A stretch of DNA of 64,000 bases from Nitrospirota bacterium. GTDB taxonomy: Bacteria > Nitrospirota > UBA9217. Shown here piece by piece: positions 31,421 to 42,835 of this stretch; within the stretch, counting starts at the first letter, position 1; the number at the start of each line of letters is the position of its first letter. The translations under genes and the position numbers were made by a program. The notes under the pieces were generated by a model. It ran no database searches and was not told the origin of the DNA. It was given only the letters and a program-made list of their open reading frames with translations. Location: positions 256,001 to 320,000 of the forward strand of contig CAVWHO010000020.1 in the NCBI GenBank assembly GCA_963754875.1. The letters are read 5' to 3'.

Positions 31421-32797
31421 TTCAGTAACCTCTCGGATGGAAGCGTAAATGACTTGCAGCGCGCGATTCAGTTCCTTCAAGGATATTGAAAGCGGAGGCA
31501 TGAGTACGATCACATTGCCAAGCGGCCGGATGATGAGACCCCGCTTCCGACATTCAACAATGACCTTGATCCCGATTTTGCTTTCCGCGGGATAGGGTTC
31601 CTTCGTCAACCTGTTTTTTACCAGTTCGATGCCAACCATGAGACCTTTCTGTCTGACCTCACCCACGTGTTCCAGTGCTTTGAACTGTTTTAAGCCTTTT
31701 GCTAATTCGGTTATCTTTGGCTGAATTTTCGAGAGGATATTCTCCTTTCGATACAGGTCGATGCTGGCGATTGCGGAAGCGCAGGCGAGCGGGTTGCCGG
31801 TGTAGGTGTGGCCATGGAAAAAGGTCCTGAACTCCCGGTATTCACCCAGGAAGCCGCCGTAGATGTCGTCGGTCGTGAGCGTGGCCGCAAGCGGAAGGTA
31901 ACCGCCGGTGATTCCTTTGGCTATGCACAGGATGTCGGGTGCGACTCGTTCATGTTCGCAGGCGAACATTTTTCCTGTTCTGCCAAAACCGGTCGCGACC
32001 TCATCCGCGATCATTAAGACATTGTATTTCGTACACAGTTCCCGGATTTTCTTCAGATAGCCCGGCGGCTGCATGAGCATGCCGGCAGCACCCTGTACGA
32101 GGGGTTCGATGATCAGCGCAGCGGTCACCGAGGCATATTTCTGGATCGTTCTTTCGGCGTGCACAAAACAGGTGTTCTGGCATTCCGGGTAGTTTAGTCC
32201 ATACTTGCAGCGATAACAGTGCGGCGACTCGATCTTGTAGGTCTGGAAGAGGAGCGGTTTATACATCCGGTGGAAGAGATTCATCCCCCCCACGCTTACT
32301 GACCCGATAGTGTCACCGTGATATGCTTCAGTGAATGAAATGAATCCCGTCTTTTTTTGATATGGGGCGCCCTTCTGCTGCCAATATTGAAACGATATCT
32401 TCAGGGCGATCTCCACGGAAGTGGAACCGCTGTCGGAATAGAAAACCTTCGTAAGGCCTTTCGGCGCGATCTTAATCAGTTTTTGTGCCAGGCGTACAGC
32501 AGGGATATTCGACAGCCCGAGCATGGTGGAGTGGCTGATTTTTTTAAGCTGCATTGCAACGGCAGCATCAATCTCTTTTTTACGGTGGCCATGGACCGTG
32601 ACCCAGAGCGAGGAGACGCCGTCAATATAGTGTTTGCCGTGAATGTCGGTGAGTGTGCACCCTTTGCCGCTCTCGATAATAATCTGTTTCTCTTTTCCCC
32701 AGTCCTGCATCTGGGTGAAAGGGTGCCAGATATATTTTTTATCCAGCGTTTCCAACTCCTGTGCGGCTTGTTGTTTTTTGGAGCGTTGATGCGCCAC
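31412..32797 (-). CDS. bioA: Adenosylmethionine-8-amino-7-oxononanoate aminotransferase
   Basis: IWHPFTQM, DSGSTSVEIALK, YHGDT, DEVATGFGRTG, AKGITGG, HGHTYTGN. Confidence 0.95.
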   Translation of the reverse strand: MAHQRSKKQQAAQELETLDKKYIWHPFTQMQDWGKEKQIIIESGKGCTLTDIHGKHYIDGVSSLWVTVHGHRKKEIDAAVAMQLKKISHSTMLGLSNIPAVRLAQKLIKIAPKGLTKVFYSDSGSTSVEIALKISFQYWQQKGAPYQKKTGFISFTEAYHGDTIGSVSVGGMNLFHRMYKPLLFQTYKIESPHCYRCKYGLNYPECQNTCFVHAERTIQKYASVTAALIIEPLVQGAAGMLMQPPGYLKKIRELCTKYNVLMIADEVATGFGRTGKMFACEHERVAPDILCIAKGITGGYLPLAATLTTDDIYGGFLGEYREFRTFFHGHTYTGNPLACASAIASIDLYRKENILSKIQPKITELAKGLKQFKALEHVGEVRQKGLMVGIELVKNRLTKEPYPAESKIGIKVIVECRKRGLIIRPLGNVIVLMPPLSISLKELNRALQVIYASIREVTENN

Positions 32798-32844
32798 TGT
32801 CGGATTGCCCCTTCTTTTTTAAATTCGTACAAAATCTGCACGAT

Positions 32845-32872
32845 ATTATAGTTCGAACGCATTTTTTGTCAA
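32845..32872 (-). promoter_or_regulatory. Sigma70 promoter for bioA
   Basis: Minus strand TTGACA-16 bp-TATAAT. Confidence 0.65.
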
Positions 32873-32997
32873 TAATAAAAAGGCTTGAAAACTCTCACTT
32901 CTTTCTGGTAAGATAACATGATCGGGAAGAAAACATGCAAATCCATGCCGCGGCGAAACCTTTTTCCCCAACCAACCCGGGAGGTTTATTCGTAATC

Positions 32998-34506
32998 ATG
33001 CTCAATAAAAAGAAATTTTATCTATCCGCAGCCTTTATACTTGTTCTGGGCGTGTTTGTAGGCCTTGTATTGTCATCGCATATCGGTATCATGTCGCCGC
33101 TGCCGGCAAAGAGCCAGTTATCGGCTAAATCGGTAGACCTCCTGACACAGCTCAGCGACGCACAGTCCGAGGTCGCAGCGGTTGCTACACCATCGGTTGT
33201 GAATATTTCCACAACGAGGGTGATCAAGTCGCGAGAAGAAGTGCCGTTCGATCTTTTCGACGATCCGTTCTTCAGGAGATTTTTCGGTGACCAGTTCCCC
33301 CACCCCAATGCACCGAAAGAACACAAGGAGCAGAGCCTGGGTTCCGGTGTAATCGTGTCTGAAGACGGCTATATCGTAACGAACAACCACGTGATAGAAA
33401 AGGCCCAGGAGATAAAAGTACTTCTCTTAAACAAGAAGGACTATGATGCCAAACTTGTGGGCGCTGACCCGAAAACCGATATCGCCGTCATTAAAATCGA
33501 TGCCAAAGGGTTGCCCGCGCTGCCATGGGGCGATTCCAATAAATTGAAAGTGGGCGAGATAGTGTTCGCGGTCGGAAACCCATTCGGACTTAACCAGACA
33601 GTAACGAGAGGGATCATCAGCGCTGTCGGACGGGCCAATGTGGGCATTGCTGATTACGAGGACTTCATCCAAACCGATGCGGCCATCAATCCCGGAAATT
33701 CCGGCGGCGCCCTCGTCAACGCCCGGGGTGAGCTGATCGGCATCAATACCGCGATCCTTTCTCGGACCGGCGGCTATCAGGGCATCGGATTCGCCGTGCC
33801 GAGCAGCATGGCGCGGCAGGTGATGGACAGTCTCGTAAAATATAAAAAAGTGGTGCGCGGCTGGCTCGGTGTCAGCATCCAGGAAGTCACGTCCGATCTT
33901 GCCGAGGAGTTCGGCGTCAAAGACTTGAAAGGCGCGCTTGTGAGCGGCGTGATGAAGGGAAGTCCGGCGGAAAAGGCGGGGATAAAGCAGGGAGACGTGA
34001 TACTTCAGTATAATGGCAAGGTCATTGAGGACACGGGACATCTGAGGAATATGGTCTCCCAAACACCGATCGGCACAACGGTAAAAGTAAAAGTTCTCCG
34101 ACAGAAGAAGGAAATCGAACTGGACGTCACCATTGTCGAACTGCCGAAAAAGCTGGCCGAGGCATCGACGTCGACGGGTCAGGAAGAACACGGCAAGGCG
34201 ACGAATGAGGGAGAAAGTACGGCCTTGGCCGGGCTGGTTGTTCATCAGCTGACGCCGGACCTCGCGCGGCGATTCGGTTATGATGAAAATGAAAATGGTG
34301 TCGTCGTCGTCAAAGTGGAAACCGACAGTAAGATCGCCGAAGCAGGGATCAAACCCGGAGATATCATCCTTCAGATTAACCAAAAAAATGTGGCTACGAT
34401 AGAAGAATTCAAGAAGATGTCATCAAAGATAAAAGCAAAAGAGAGACTCCTGTTTCTTATTCGCAGGAAGGGGCAAGACCTGTTTGTAACTGTCAAGCCT
34501 GAATAA
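32998..34506 (+). CDS. degQ: DegQ/DegP (Do) periplasmic serine protease with two PDZ domains
   Basis: LGSGVI, TNNHV, DIAV, INPGNSGG, RGWLGV. Confidence 0.93.
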   Translation: MLNKKKFYLSAAFILVLGVFVGLVLSSHIGIMSPLPAKSQLSAKSVDLLTQLSDAQSEVAAVATPSVVNISTTRVIKSREEVPFDLFDDPFFRRFFGDQFPHPNAPKEHKEQSLGSGVIVSEDGYIVTNNHVIEKAQEIKVLLLNKKDYDAKLVGADPKTDIAVIKIDAKGLPALPWGDSNKLKVGEIVFAVGNPFGLNQTVTRGIISAVGRANVGIADYEDFIQTDAAINPGNSGGALVNARGELIGINTAILSRTGGYQGIGFAVPSSMARQVMDSLVKYKKVVRGWLGVSIQEVTSDLAEEFGVKDLKGALVSGVMKGSPAEKAGIKQGDVILQYNGKVIEDTGHLRNMVSQTPIGTTVKVKVLRQKKEIELDVTIVELPKKLAEASTSTGQEEHGKATNEGESTALAGLVVHQLTPDLARRFGYDENENGVVVVKVETDSKIAEAGIKPGDIILQINQKNVATIEEFKKMSSKIKAKERLLFLIRRKGQDLFVTVKPE

Positions 34507-34701
34507 CTCGATTCCCTCTCATGGTTTGTTCCTTCAGTCCCGCGACTTGGAGTCCACCGGCTCCCGCCGGGGAGGATGCGCCGTAACCCGCGGGAGGTCG
34601 TGTAAGTATTTGGAGCCTCCGGCTCCTGCCGGAGGCTCCACTCGGCTGTTGAGTAATCCATATCATCATATTTCATTTCAGGTGGAAAGGAGGTGAGAAT
34701 A

Positions 34702-35721
34702 ATGGGACGTATCCTTATTCGCATTTTGTTTGTTTTTTTAAGCACCCTGCTCGGGTACTATGTGTCTACGCAGCTTTATGACCAGGTCAGCAAGATCGAA
34801 GGCATGGTAGTCGGCTTCAGTGTGGCGGTATTGATCATCCTTACCGAATTTTTGTTTAGACGGGTCTCATTAAAGGTCATCATCGGTGGTATCCTCGGTT
34901 TCATTCTCGGGCTGACGTCCGCGAATATTATTGCGGCCCCCCTCAAGCTCGTACCACTCGAAAGGAGCATTGTAAATTTCATCCTGCTCCTCATGAACGG
35001 TTTTTTTGGGTACATCGGCATTATGATTGGTATTCGGGAAGGTGAACGGTTTAATCCCGCCAATATCAAAAAGCTGTTTAAAAGCGGCGGCGAAGAGAAT
35101 ATTAAAATCATGGACACAAGCGTGATCATCGACGGCCGGATCGCCGATGTGTGTGAAACGGAGTTTTTGGACGGCACGATCATCATTCCCCAGTTTATCC
35201 TGCACGAGCTTCAGCATATTGCCGATTCTTCGGACTCGTTGAAGCGGGCGCGCGGCAGAAGGGGACTTGATATTCTTCACCGAATCCAGAAGATGAGCCA
35301 TATGGAGGTCCGTATCGTCGAAGAGGACTTTCCCAAGATCCGTGAGGTCGACAGTAAACTGATTGCACTGGCCAAAAAGCTCGGCGCGAAAGTCATCACC
35401 AATGACTTCAACCTGAACAAAGTTGCGGAACTCCAGGGCGTGAAAGTGCTGAATATCAATGACCTCTCGAACGCCGTGAAGCCGGTCGCCCTTCCCGGCG
35501 AGAGCATGCGCGTCTTCGTTCTTAAGGAAGGCAAAGAACCAGGCCAAGGAGTTGCTTACCTCGATGATGGCACGATGATCGTGGTTGAAAACGGGCGAAA
35601 GCATATCAACAAAAATGTCGACGTAGCGGTTACCAGCGTGCTCCAGACCGCGGCAGGCAGGATGATTTTCACAAAACTGAAGGAAGACATGGACCACGAT
35701 CTACAGACTGCGGAACATTGA
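34702..35721 (+). CDS. Membrane PIN/TRAM-domain protein (YacL family)
   Basis: 4 TM helices, [41 protein letters not shown]. Confidence 0.9.
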   Translation: MGRILIRILFVFLSTLLGYYVSTQLYDQVSKIEGMVVGFSVAVLIILTEFLFRRVSLKVIIGGILGFILGLTSANIIAAPLKLVPLERSIVNFILLLMNGFFGYIGIMIGIREGERFNPANIKKLFKSGGEENIKIMDTSVIIDGRIADVCETEFLDGTIIIPQFILHELQHIADSSDSLKRARGRRGLDILHRIQKMSHMEVRIVEEDFPKIREVDSKLIALAKKLGAKVITNDFNLNKVAELQGVKVLNINDLSNAVKPVALPGESMRVFVLKEGKEPGQGVAYLDDGTMIVVENGRKHINKNVDVAVTSVLQTAAGRMIFTKLKEDMDHDLQTAEH

Positions 35722-35828
35722 TGATGCCAGGAGACGATAAACAGGGAAGAATTAATGACGGTCCGGTTTTTCCCAACCTACAAAATATAGTCTACATTAT
35801 ATAGTCTACATTTTTTTTAGGAGGTTCA

Positions 35829-36572
35829 ATGTCAGGTCATTCAAAATGGGCAACAACGAAACATAAGAAAGCCGCTACTGATGCAAAGCGGGGGAAGATC
35901 TTTACCAAACTTGCCAAAGAGATAACGGTTGCGGCCAAGCTGGGAGGCGGTGACCCGAACGGGAACCCTCGCCTCAGGACCGCGGTCGCCAAGGCAAAGG
36001 GAGTGAGTCTGCCTGCTGAAAATATCAAACGTGCGATCCAGAAAGGGACGGGCGAACTGCCGGGGGTTTCCTACGAAGAGGTCATGTATGAAGGATACGG
36101 TCCGGGCGGCGTGGCGGTCATTGTCGATGTCATGACCGACAACCGGAACCGGACGGTATCGGAGATCCGAAATATTTTCAGCAAGGCCGGAGGAAATATG
36201 GGCGAAGCAGGTTGCGTAGCCTGGATGTTCCACAAAAAGGGGTATCTGGTTGTCAATCGTACCACGGTTGATGAAGACAAGCTCATGACACTCGCCCTCG
36301 AGGCAGGTGCCGAGGACATGCAAACCGAGGATGAGAATTACGTTATCACGACACCCCCAAACGATTTCGAGAAAGTGAAAAAGGCTCTCGAAGATGGTAA
36401 CATTGCTTCCGACGTAGCAGAGGTCACAATGATTCCTCAGACCTACGTAAAGCTCGACGGCAAGGAAGCCCAGCAGATGCTACGTCTCGTTGAAACACTT
36501 GAAGACAACGATGATGTGCAGAACGTGTACGCCAACTTCGATATTCCCGAGGAAATCATGAACGCTGAGTAG
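35829..36572 (+). CDS. yebC: YebC/PmpR family protein
   Basis: [31 protein letters not shown]. Confidence 0.96.
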   Translation: MSGHSKWATTKHKKAATDAKRGKIFTKLAKEITVAAKLGGGDPNGNPRLRTAVAKAKGVSLPAENIKRAIQKGTGELPGVSYEEVMYEGYGPGGVAVIVDVMTDNRNRTVSEIRNIFSKAGGNMGEAGCVAWMFHKKGYLVVNRTTVDEDKLMTLALEAGAEDMQTEDENYVITTPPNDFEKVKKALEDGNIASDVAEVTMIPQTYVKLDGKEAQQMLRLVETLEDNDDVQNVYANFDIPEEIMNAE

Positions 36573-36722
36573 TGTGCAGCAGTCATTGTATACCGAAACG
36601 GATAGTGGGAAGTTAATTTGGGGAAAATGAAGGCGGTTTTCTCTCATTTTCTGTATTTTCCACTATTCAATCTTTAAGCTCCAATTTCTCAAGGCTTTTT
36701 TGTTCCATTAAGGGGGGGGCAT

Positions 36723-37295
36723 ATGAGAGTGCTGGGGATAGACCCGGGAACGCTCACGAGCGGTTATGGAATCGTGGCGGAAGAAGATCACAAACTCTTT
36801 CATGTTGTTTCGGGAGGCATCAGTCCCTCGGCAAAACAGCCTTTCCCGAAACGGCTCAAAAAAATCTACGAGGAGCTCGAAAAGATCATCGTCAAATATC
36901 GACCTCAGGCTGTCGTTGTCGAAGACCTGTTTGTTTCGAAAAATATCAAATCGGCGCTCAAGCTGGGCCACGCGCGGGGCGTTGCAATCCTCGCAGCCAT
37001 GAACGCCGGGTTGCCGGTTTTCGAATATGCTCCGTTGGAAGTGAAGCAGGCGGTCGTCGGCTACGGAAAAGCGGAGAAGAAACAGGTGCAACTCATGGTC
37101 AAGGCCCTGCTTGATCTTCCCAAAGTTCCTCACCCGGCCGATGCCGCCGATGCGCTCGCCGCGGCGATCTGTCATATTCATTCTTCGAGGCTGCGGGAAG
37201 TTCTCAAGAATTCGGCCGCATTGAAGCAAATGGGCAGGGTGGGCAGTGCACTGCGCGGTGCAGACAAACGCACCATCCCTTCGGGACTGCGGTAG
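36723..37295 (+). CDS. ruvC: Holliday junction resolvase
   Basis: GIDPG, GYGKAEKKQV, DAADALA. Confidence 0.95.
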   Translation: MRVLGIDPGTLTSGYGIVAEEDHKLFHVVSGGISPSAKQPFPKRLKKIYEELEKIIVKYRPQAVVVEDLFVSKNIKSALKLGHARGVAILAAMNAGLPVFEYAPLEVKQAVVGYGKAEKKQVQLMVKALLDLPKVPHPADAADALAAAICHIHSSRLREVLKNSAALKQMGRVGSALRGADKRTIPSGLR

Positions 37296-37305
37296 GCGGG
37301 ATGGG

Positions 37306-37905
37306 ATGATAGCTTCTCTCACGGGCAGACTGAGACGCAAAGCAAACGATTACCTGGTCGTTGATGTTGCCGGCGTCGGCTACCAGGTGCAGGTCCCGCT
37401 GTCAACCTACTGCAGCATTCCCGAAATCGGCGACGAAGTCAGCCTGCATATCCATACTTATGTCCGCGAAGATTCTCTGTTGCTGTTCGGTTTTTTAGAA
37501 GAATCCGAAAAAGAGATGTTTCTGCTCCTGATGGGCGTATCCGGTATCGGTCCCAAGCTTGCCCTTTCCGTTCTGTCCTGCCTGTCTGTTAACGATCTGT
37601 GCGCTGCTATTTGTTCTTCCGACGATTCAAAGTTGTGCACGATCTCCGGCATTGGCAAGAAAACGGCAGCACGCATGGTCCTCGAATTAAAGGACAAAAT
37701 GAAGCTTCTGTCCATAAACCGACCGGAGAAGGGCATGATGCCCGCAGTGTCAGATGATGTAGAAGATGCCATTTCCGCTCTCGTAAACCTGGGATATAAA
37801 AAGCCTCTTGCGGAAGACGTGCTAAAAAAAATCAAGCAACGAAAGCCCGGTGCCGCAATCGAAGATCTTATCCGGGAAGCATTGAGCGTTTTGATGAAAA
37901 GATAA
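37306..37905 (+). CDS. ruvA: Holliday junction branch migration protein
   Basis: GVGY, VREDS, GIGPK, GIGKKTA, ALVNLGY. Confidence 0.95.
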   Translation: MIASLTGRLRRKANDYLVVDVAGVGYQVQVPLSTYCSIPEIGDEVSLHIHTYVREDSLLLFGFLEESEKEMFLLLMGVSGIGPKLALSVLSCLSVNDLCAAICSSDDSKLCTISGIGKKTAARMVLELKDKMKLLSINRPEKGMMPAVSDDVEDAISALVNLGYKKPLAEDVLKKIKQRKPGAAIEDLIREALSVLMKR

Positions 37906-37969
37906 ATCCACAGCAGCTGTTTGCCGATCTATTTCCTGTCTCCGTTCCACTGCAAGGGAGAAGTAATCT

Positions 37970-38989
37970 GTGCCTGAGAGAATCATAGAGCCTGAACAAA
38001 ATGAAGACGATGTGCTGCTTGACCGAAGCCTGAGGCCCCTCCGATTCGAGGATTTCGTGGGCCAGGACCGCATCAAGGAGAATCTCCACATATTCATCGA
38101 AGCAGCGAAAGGGAGGCGTGAGGCTCTTGACCACGTTCTTTTTTGCGGGCCGCCGGGCCTTGGGAAAACGACGCTGGCGAACATCATCGCGCACGAGATG
38201 GGCGTGAGTATCAAGTCGACCTCCGGTCCTGTCCTGGAGCGTGCCGGCGACCTGGCAGCAATCCTGACCAACCTGGAACCTCACGACGTTCTTTTTATCG
38301 ACGAGATTCACCGCTTGAACCGTGTTGTGGAGGAGATACTCTATCCGGCCATGGAGGATTTTCAGCTGGATATTATTGTCGGCCAGGGGCCCGGCGCACG
38401 CTCCATTAAGCTTGAGTTGCCGCACTTCACGCTCGTGGGTGCCACCACGAGGACCGGCCTCCTCACCTCTCCGCTCCGCGATCGCTTCGGTGTCATCGAC
38501 CGACTCAGTTTTTATGATTCCGACGAACTCACGAGCATTATTAAGCGCTCAGCAGGCCTGCTCCAGACGGCAATTAATGATTCGGCGGCCGCAGAAATAG
38601 CCCGACGCTCGCGGGGGACCCCCCGTGTCGCCAACCGGCTCCTCCGCAGGGTACGGGATTTTGCCCAAGTCGAGGGAGACGGAACGATCACTCCGGATCT
38701 CGTCACGAGTTCCATGAAAAGGCTGGAGGTCGATGAGAAGGGGTTCGACCATATGGACCGCAAACTGCTCCTCACTATCATCGACAAATTCGAGGGCGGG
38801 CCGGTGGGGCTCGATACCTTGGCGGCAGCGCTCAATGAAGAAAGGGACACTCTTGAGGACGTTTATGAACCGTTCTTGATCCAGGAAGGCTTTCTTGACA
38901 GGACGCCGCGCGGCAGGCAGGCAACACGCCTTTCTTATGAATATTTCGGCAAAGTAAGACCCGCATCAACCCAGGAGAAGCTCCTGTAA
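37970..38989 (+). CDS. ruvB: Holliday junction branch migration helicase
   Basis: [26 protein letters not shown]. Confidence 0.97.
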   Translation: MPERIIEPEQNEDDVLLDRSLRPLRFEDFVGQDRIKENLHIFIEAAKGRREALDHVLFCGPPGLGKTTLANIIAHEMGVSIKSTSGPVLERAGDLAAILTNLEPHDVLFIDEIHRLNRVVEEILYPAMEDFQLDIIVGQGPGARSIKLELPHFTLVGATTRTGLLTSPLRDRFGVIDRLSFYDSDELTSIIKRSAGLLQTAINDSAAAEIARRSRGTPRVANRLLRRVRDFAQVEGDGTITPDLVTSSMKRLEVDEKGFDHMDRKLLLTIIDKFEGGPVGLDTLAAALNEERDTLEDVYEPFLIQEGFLDRTPRGRQATRLSYEYFGKVRPASTQEKLL

Positions 38990-39142
38990 ATTGTTGAGCA
39001 GGTTTCTGTTCCACTGCGTTCGTCCTCGTTCTTTATGAACCGCAGGCGGTGTTAATTGTTTGCCGTCCTGCTTCAGCCGTTGACCGGAGAAGCGGACTGA
39101 GAAACAGAACAAAGAACACCGGTCCGCTCGGGGAGTTATATC

Positions 39143-39685
39143 GTGGAGATCCTCTTTCATATATGCTGTGCACCGTGCGCACTCTATCCTTATTACCGAC
39201 TGAAGGAAGAAGGGCACGACCCTACCGGGTATTTTTACAATCCCAATATCCACCCCTATCAAGAGTACAAAAAAAGACTAGATACAGTCAAGGATTTCGC
39301 CGGCCGCGTTGGGCTCGAAGTCGTTTACCGGGACGGATATGATCTCGATCAGTTTCTCCTGTGTGTTGCAGGGAAGGGCGCCCTGAGGTGCGAACACTGT
39401 TATCGGATGAGACTTGATGCGGCGGGAGCAACGGCAAAAGAAAAGGGTTTTCGTTTTTTTACGACATCTCTCTTATACAGTAAGTACCAGAAACACGACC
39501 TGATCGTCGGCGTCGGAAGGGAAATGGCTTCAACCTACGGGGTCGAGTTCTATTATGAGGACTTTCGCCGGGGATGGCGTGAAGGGATTGTCGAATCCAA
39601 AGCCATGGGGCTCTATCGGCAGCAGTACTGCGGTTGCATATACAGCGAGCAGGACCGATATCGTAAAACACCGGACCTGACTTGA
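39143..39685 (+). CDS. queH: Epoxyqueuosine reductase (DUF208)
   Basis: HICCAPC, YNPNIHP, RC..CY, YRQQYCGCIYS. Confidence 0.9.
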   Translation: MEILFHICCAPCALYPYYRLKEEGHDPTGYFYNPNIHPYQEYKKRLDTVKDFAGRVGLEVVYRDGYDLDQFLLCVAGKGALRCEHCYRMRLDAAGATAKEKGFRFFTTSLLYSKYQKHDLIVGVGREMASTYGVEFYYEDFRRGWREGIVESKAMGLYRQQYCGCIYSEQDRYRKTPDLT

Positions 39686-39713
39686 GGTCGTCAAGGGGAC
39701 ATTTCTCGCCAGT

Positions 39714-40791
39714 ATGCGTGTAAAAATTATTTTGTTCATCATCTGTCTGCTTCAGTATCCCTGCCCTAACGCTCGGGTCTGAAACCATCCGCGTCGCAAT
39801 AGCTGACAACCAGAAAACGGTGTCCCTCCAGTCATCATCGGGACTGATCGCCGCGGGACAATCAACAAGCCACGGTGGAAAAAAGTTGTTCTACAGCGCG
39901 GCTTCCGTCGGCGCGGGTCTAGTGCGCTTCAGGTCCGCCGGCGCGGTCATCCAGGTAAACGGCAAAGGATATCGTGGCTGGGTGGAAATCAGGAAAAAGA
40001 AAAACGGTCTACTGCTAGTCGTTAATGAACTGGATATCGAGGAGTACCTCAAGGGTGTAGTTGCCGCAGAGATACCTCCGGACTGGAATTTCGAAGCACT
40101 GAAAGCCCAGGCCGTAGCATCACGCACCTACGCCATCTACCAGAAACAATCGGCCGGCAAAAGACCGTATCACATCCTGGCCACCGTGGACAGCCAGGTT
40201 TATTCGGGGAACAGGGGAGAGCATCCGCAAGCGGTACGTGCTGTTCGGGAGACGAGGGGCGTCGTCATTACGTACCACGGCGAGATCATCCCCGCATTCT
40301 ATCATTCCAGTTGCGGCGGGCACACGGAAAACGCTGCCGAACTTTGGGGAATCGACAAACCGTACCTCAAGGGTGTTGATTGCGATTGCCAGGAAATATC
40401 GAAATACGGACTCTGGGAGAAACGGGTGCCCTTGTCCGAGGTGCTCAGTGCGCTTAGGAAACAGGGATACCGGCTGCATGACATTCTCGATATGGGCATA
40501 GGAGACATCACTCCTGCGGGTCGTGTTAAGGAAGTTGTCATCACGCACGGGGGCGGAAAACTTATGGTGCCTGCAGAAGATCTCAGGGCCGCCCTCGGGA
40601 ATACGCAGATTCCGAGTGTTTTTTTTGAGCTGGAGCTCGCCGGCCGGGAGGCTGTTTTTTCCGGAAGGGGGCGGGGACATGGGGTGGGGTTGTGTCAATG
40701 GGGCGCAGAAGAAATGGCACTCCGAGGGTATGATTATCAAGCCATATTGATCCACTATTATCCCGGTACGAAACTCACTAGACTTGAATAG
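39714..40791 (+). CDS. SpoIID/LytB-domain protein (signal peptide frameshifted near 39755)
   Basis: EEYLKGVV..E, EALKAQAVASRTYA, YHSSCGG, GHGVGLCQWGA. Confidence 0.88.
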
Positions 40792-40863
40792 ACCTGCATG
40801 CAGGAAAGTCCGGTACATCATTTTTCTTGACAGAGATTCAGTATCGACTATACAATGAGGCGT

Positions 40864-41655
40864 ATGAAAAAATCAAACAAACAGAACAAGGCGAACAGAA
40901 CGATCAAAACGAGCGTGGCGAACGTCCCCCCGAACGGTCCATTCGTTCTCATTTCCATGGCGTTGTCTTTCGTTCTCATCTGCGTTTTTGCCGCTGCCAC
41001 ATACGAGAGAAACAGCATCTATCACAGCCATGTCACGCTTTGGGCAGAAGTGGTCAAAAAGGCGCCGAACAAGCGGAGGGCCCATGAAAATTACGGCCAG
41101 GCGCTTTCTTCCGAGGGTTATTATATCGAAGCGGAGAAAGAGTTCAAGACCGTCATGGCACTGCCGGACGACGGCAGTGTCCCCCTGCGCGATCTGTACC
41201 GCGAGATCGGCGTCGTTGATTTCAGGATCGGAAAGTTCGATGATGCCATTGTCGCCTGGCAAACAGGATTGCGCTATGCACCGAATGATCCCAGCCTTTT
41301 GAACAACCTTTCTATTGTCTATATGCAAACAGGGCGGTTTGACGAGGCAGCTGCTGCAGCACAAGCGGCACTTGCCGGCGATCCGACAATGCCCCAGGCA
41401 TTAAATACGATGGGGCAGGTTTATCTTGTGAGAAAGGACTACGATAAAGCTGTCGACTATTTCCTGAAGGCCGTCTACCGAGAGCCCGACGTTCCGGCGC
41501 GGTATTGGAACGCAGCACTGGCATTAGAACAGGCAAAGAAGATCGACCAAGCCTATGAATATGCCTCGAAGTATGCTGCCATGGAAACCGATCCTGTAGG
41601 ACGGCAGAGGGCATATGGATATATCGAGCACCTTAAACAGCTGTTACACAAGTAA
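40864..41655 (+). CDS. Membrane-anchored TPR protein
   Basis: TM helix, RN..Y....TLW, several TPR repeats. Confidence 0.8.
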   Translation: MKKSNKQNKANRTIKTSVANVPPNGPFVLISMALSFVLICVFAAATYERNSIYHSHVTLWAEVVKKAPNKRRAHENYGQALSSEGYYIEAEKEFKTVMALPDDGSVPLRDLYREIGVVDFRIGKFDDAIVAWQTGLRYAPNDPSLLNNLSIVYMQTGRFDEAAAAAQAALAGDPTMPQALNTMGQVYLVRKDYDKAVDYFLKAVYREPDVPARYWNAALALEQAKKIDQAYEYASKYAAMETDPVGRQRAYGYIEHLKQLLHK

Positions 41656-41906
41656 AGTCATTCGCACTGATGTTAGTGCCCTTCTCTTGTCCTTCATCGG
41701 GTAAACGCCGGCTGTTCATTTCTGCAGTATTGCAGTATCCTTCCTTTCGACAAGCGCAGAACAGAGTTTGTCCCTTTGCAACCACGGAAACAGGATTTTT
41801 TTAAAGTCCACCGCTTCCTGCTCGTCTTTTCATCTCATTCCCTTGCAATTTCTGCTGTGATAACATAGAATTAAAATGGGCAGCAGAAATGCTTAGCAAT
41901 ACTTCC

Positions 41907-42788
41907 ATGGAAAACGAACTCCTCGAAAAATTCATCAATTTTCTGGCCGTGGAGAAAGGACTGGCACGAAACACGCTCGACTCCTATGAGCGGGACTTGC
42001 GGAAGTATTTTGATTTCATGAAAACGAAAGGGTCGGATGACATTGCCCCGTCGGATGTTTCCTCTTTTTTAGAATCGCTATCGTCGGCCGGCATCGCCGC
42101 ACCTTCAATCGCACGGTGTCTGGCCGCGCTACGGGGCTTTCATAAATACCTTATGACAGACGGGCTCAGCAGCAGAGACCCGACGATAAACCTGGAAACA
42201 CCGCGTGGATGGAAACGTCTCCCCAAAACGCTTTCCGGCGCTGATGTCGAAACACTGCTCAAACAGCCCGATCCAGCGACCCCGATCGGGCTTCGGGATA
42301 AAGCGATGCTGGAGTTGCTCTATGCTACGGGGCTTCGGGTAAGCGAATTGGTCGGCCTCAAACTGAACGATATCAATTTTGAGCGCGGCTTCCTCGTCGT
42401 GATGGGGAAAGGTTCAAAGGAACGAGCGGTCCCCTTGGGCGAAGCGGCAATTTTTTTTGTACAAACCTATCTGGACCAGGGGCGGTCTTTTCTGCTCAAG
42501 GGGAAAGATTCGGACCATCTGTTTATCAGTTCGAAACATCAGGGGATTACCCGACAGATGTTCTGGGAGCGGATCAAGCATTATACACGCAAGGCCGGCA
42601 TTGAGCGGGTCGTCTCACCGCACACGCTGCGCCATTCCTTCGCAACGCACCTGCTCGACAATGGCGCGGACCTGCGTGCGGTCCAGGCGATGCTGGGTCA
42701 TTCGGATATTTCCACAACACAGATTTACACGCACGTATCCCGGGAAAGGCTTAAGAAGATACACGAGAAGTACCACCCGAGAGGATAA
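41907..42788 (+). CDS. xerD: Site-specific tyrosine recombinase XerD
   Basis: RDKAMLELLYATGLRVSEL, HTLRHSFATH, LGHSDISTTQIY, YHPRG. Confidence 0.93.
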   Translation: MENELLEKFINFLAVEKGLARNTLDSYERDLRKYFDFMKTKGSDDIAPSDVSSFLESLSSAGIAAPSIARCLAALRGFHKYLMTDGLSSRDPTINLETPRGWKRLPKTLSGADVETLLKQPDPATPIGLRDKAMLELLYATGLRVSELVGLKLNDINFERGFLVVMGKGSKERAVPLGEAAIFFVQTYLDQGRSFLLKGKDSDHLFISSKHQGITRQMFWERIKHYTRKAGIERVVSPHTLRHSFATHLLDNGADLRAVQAMLGHSDISTTQIYTHVSRERLKKIHEKYHPRG

Positions 42789-42835
42789 CGAGAAGGTTCA
42801 GAGTATACAGAGAGTACAGAGTACAAAGTGAGCAT

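Noticed and set aside
32800..32900. BirA operator upstream of bioA
   Set aside because: No convincing TGT.AAC-N14-16-GTT.ACA inverted repeat
41907..42788. Prophage or island integrase
   Set aside because: The sequence is a typical housekeeping XerD among core genes, with no att, tRNA or phage genes
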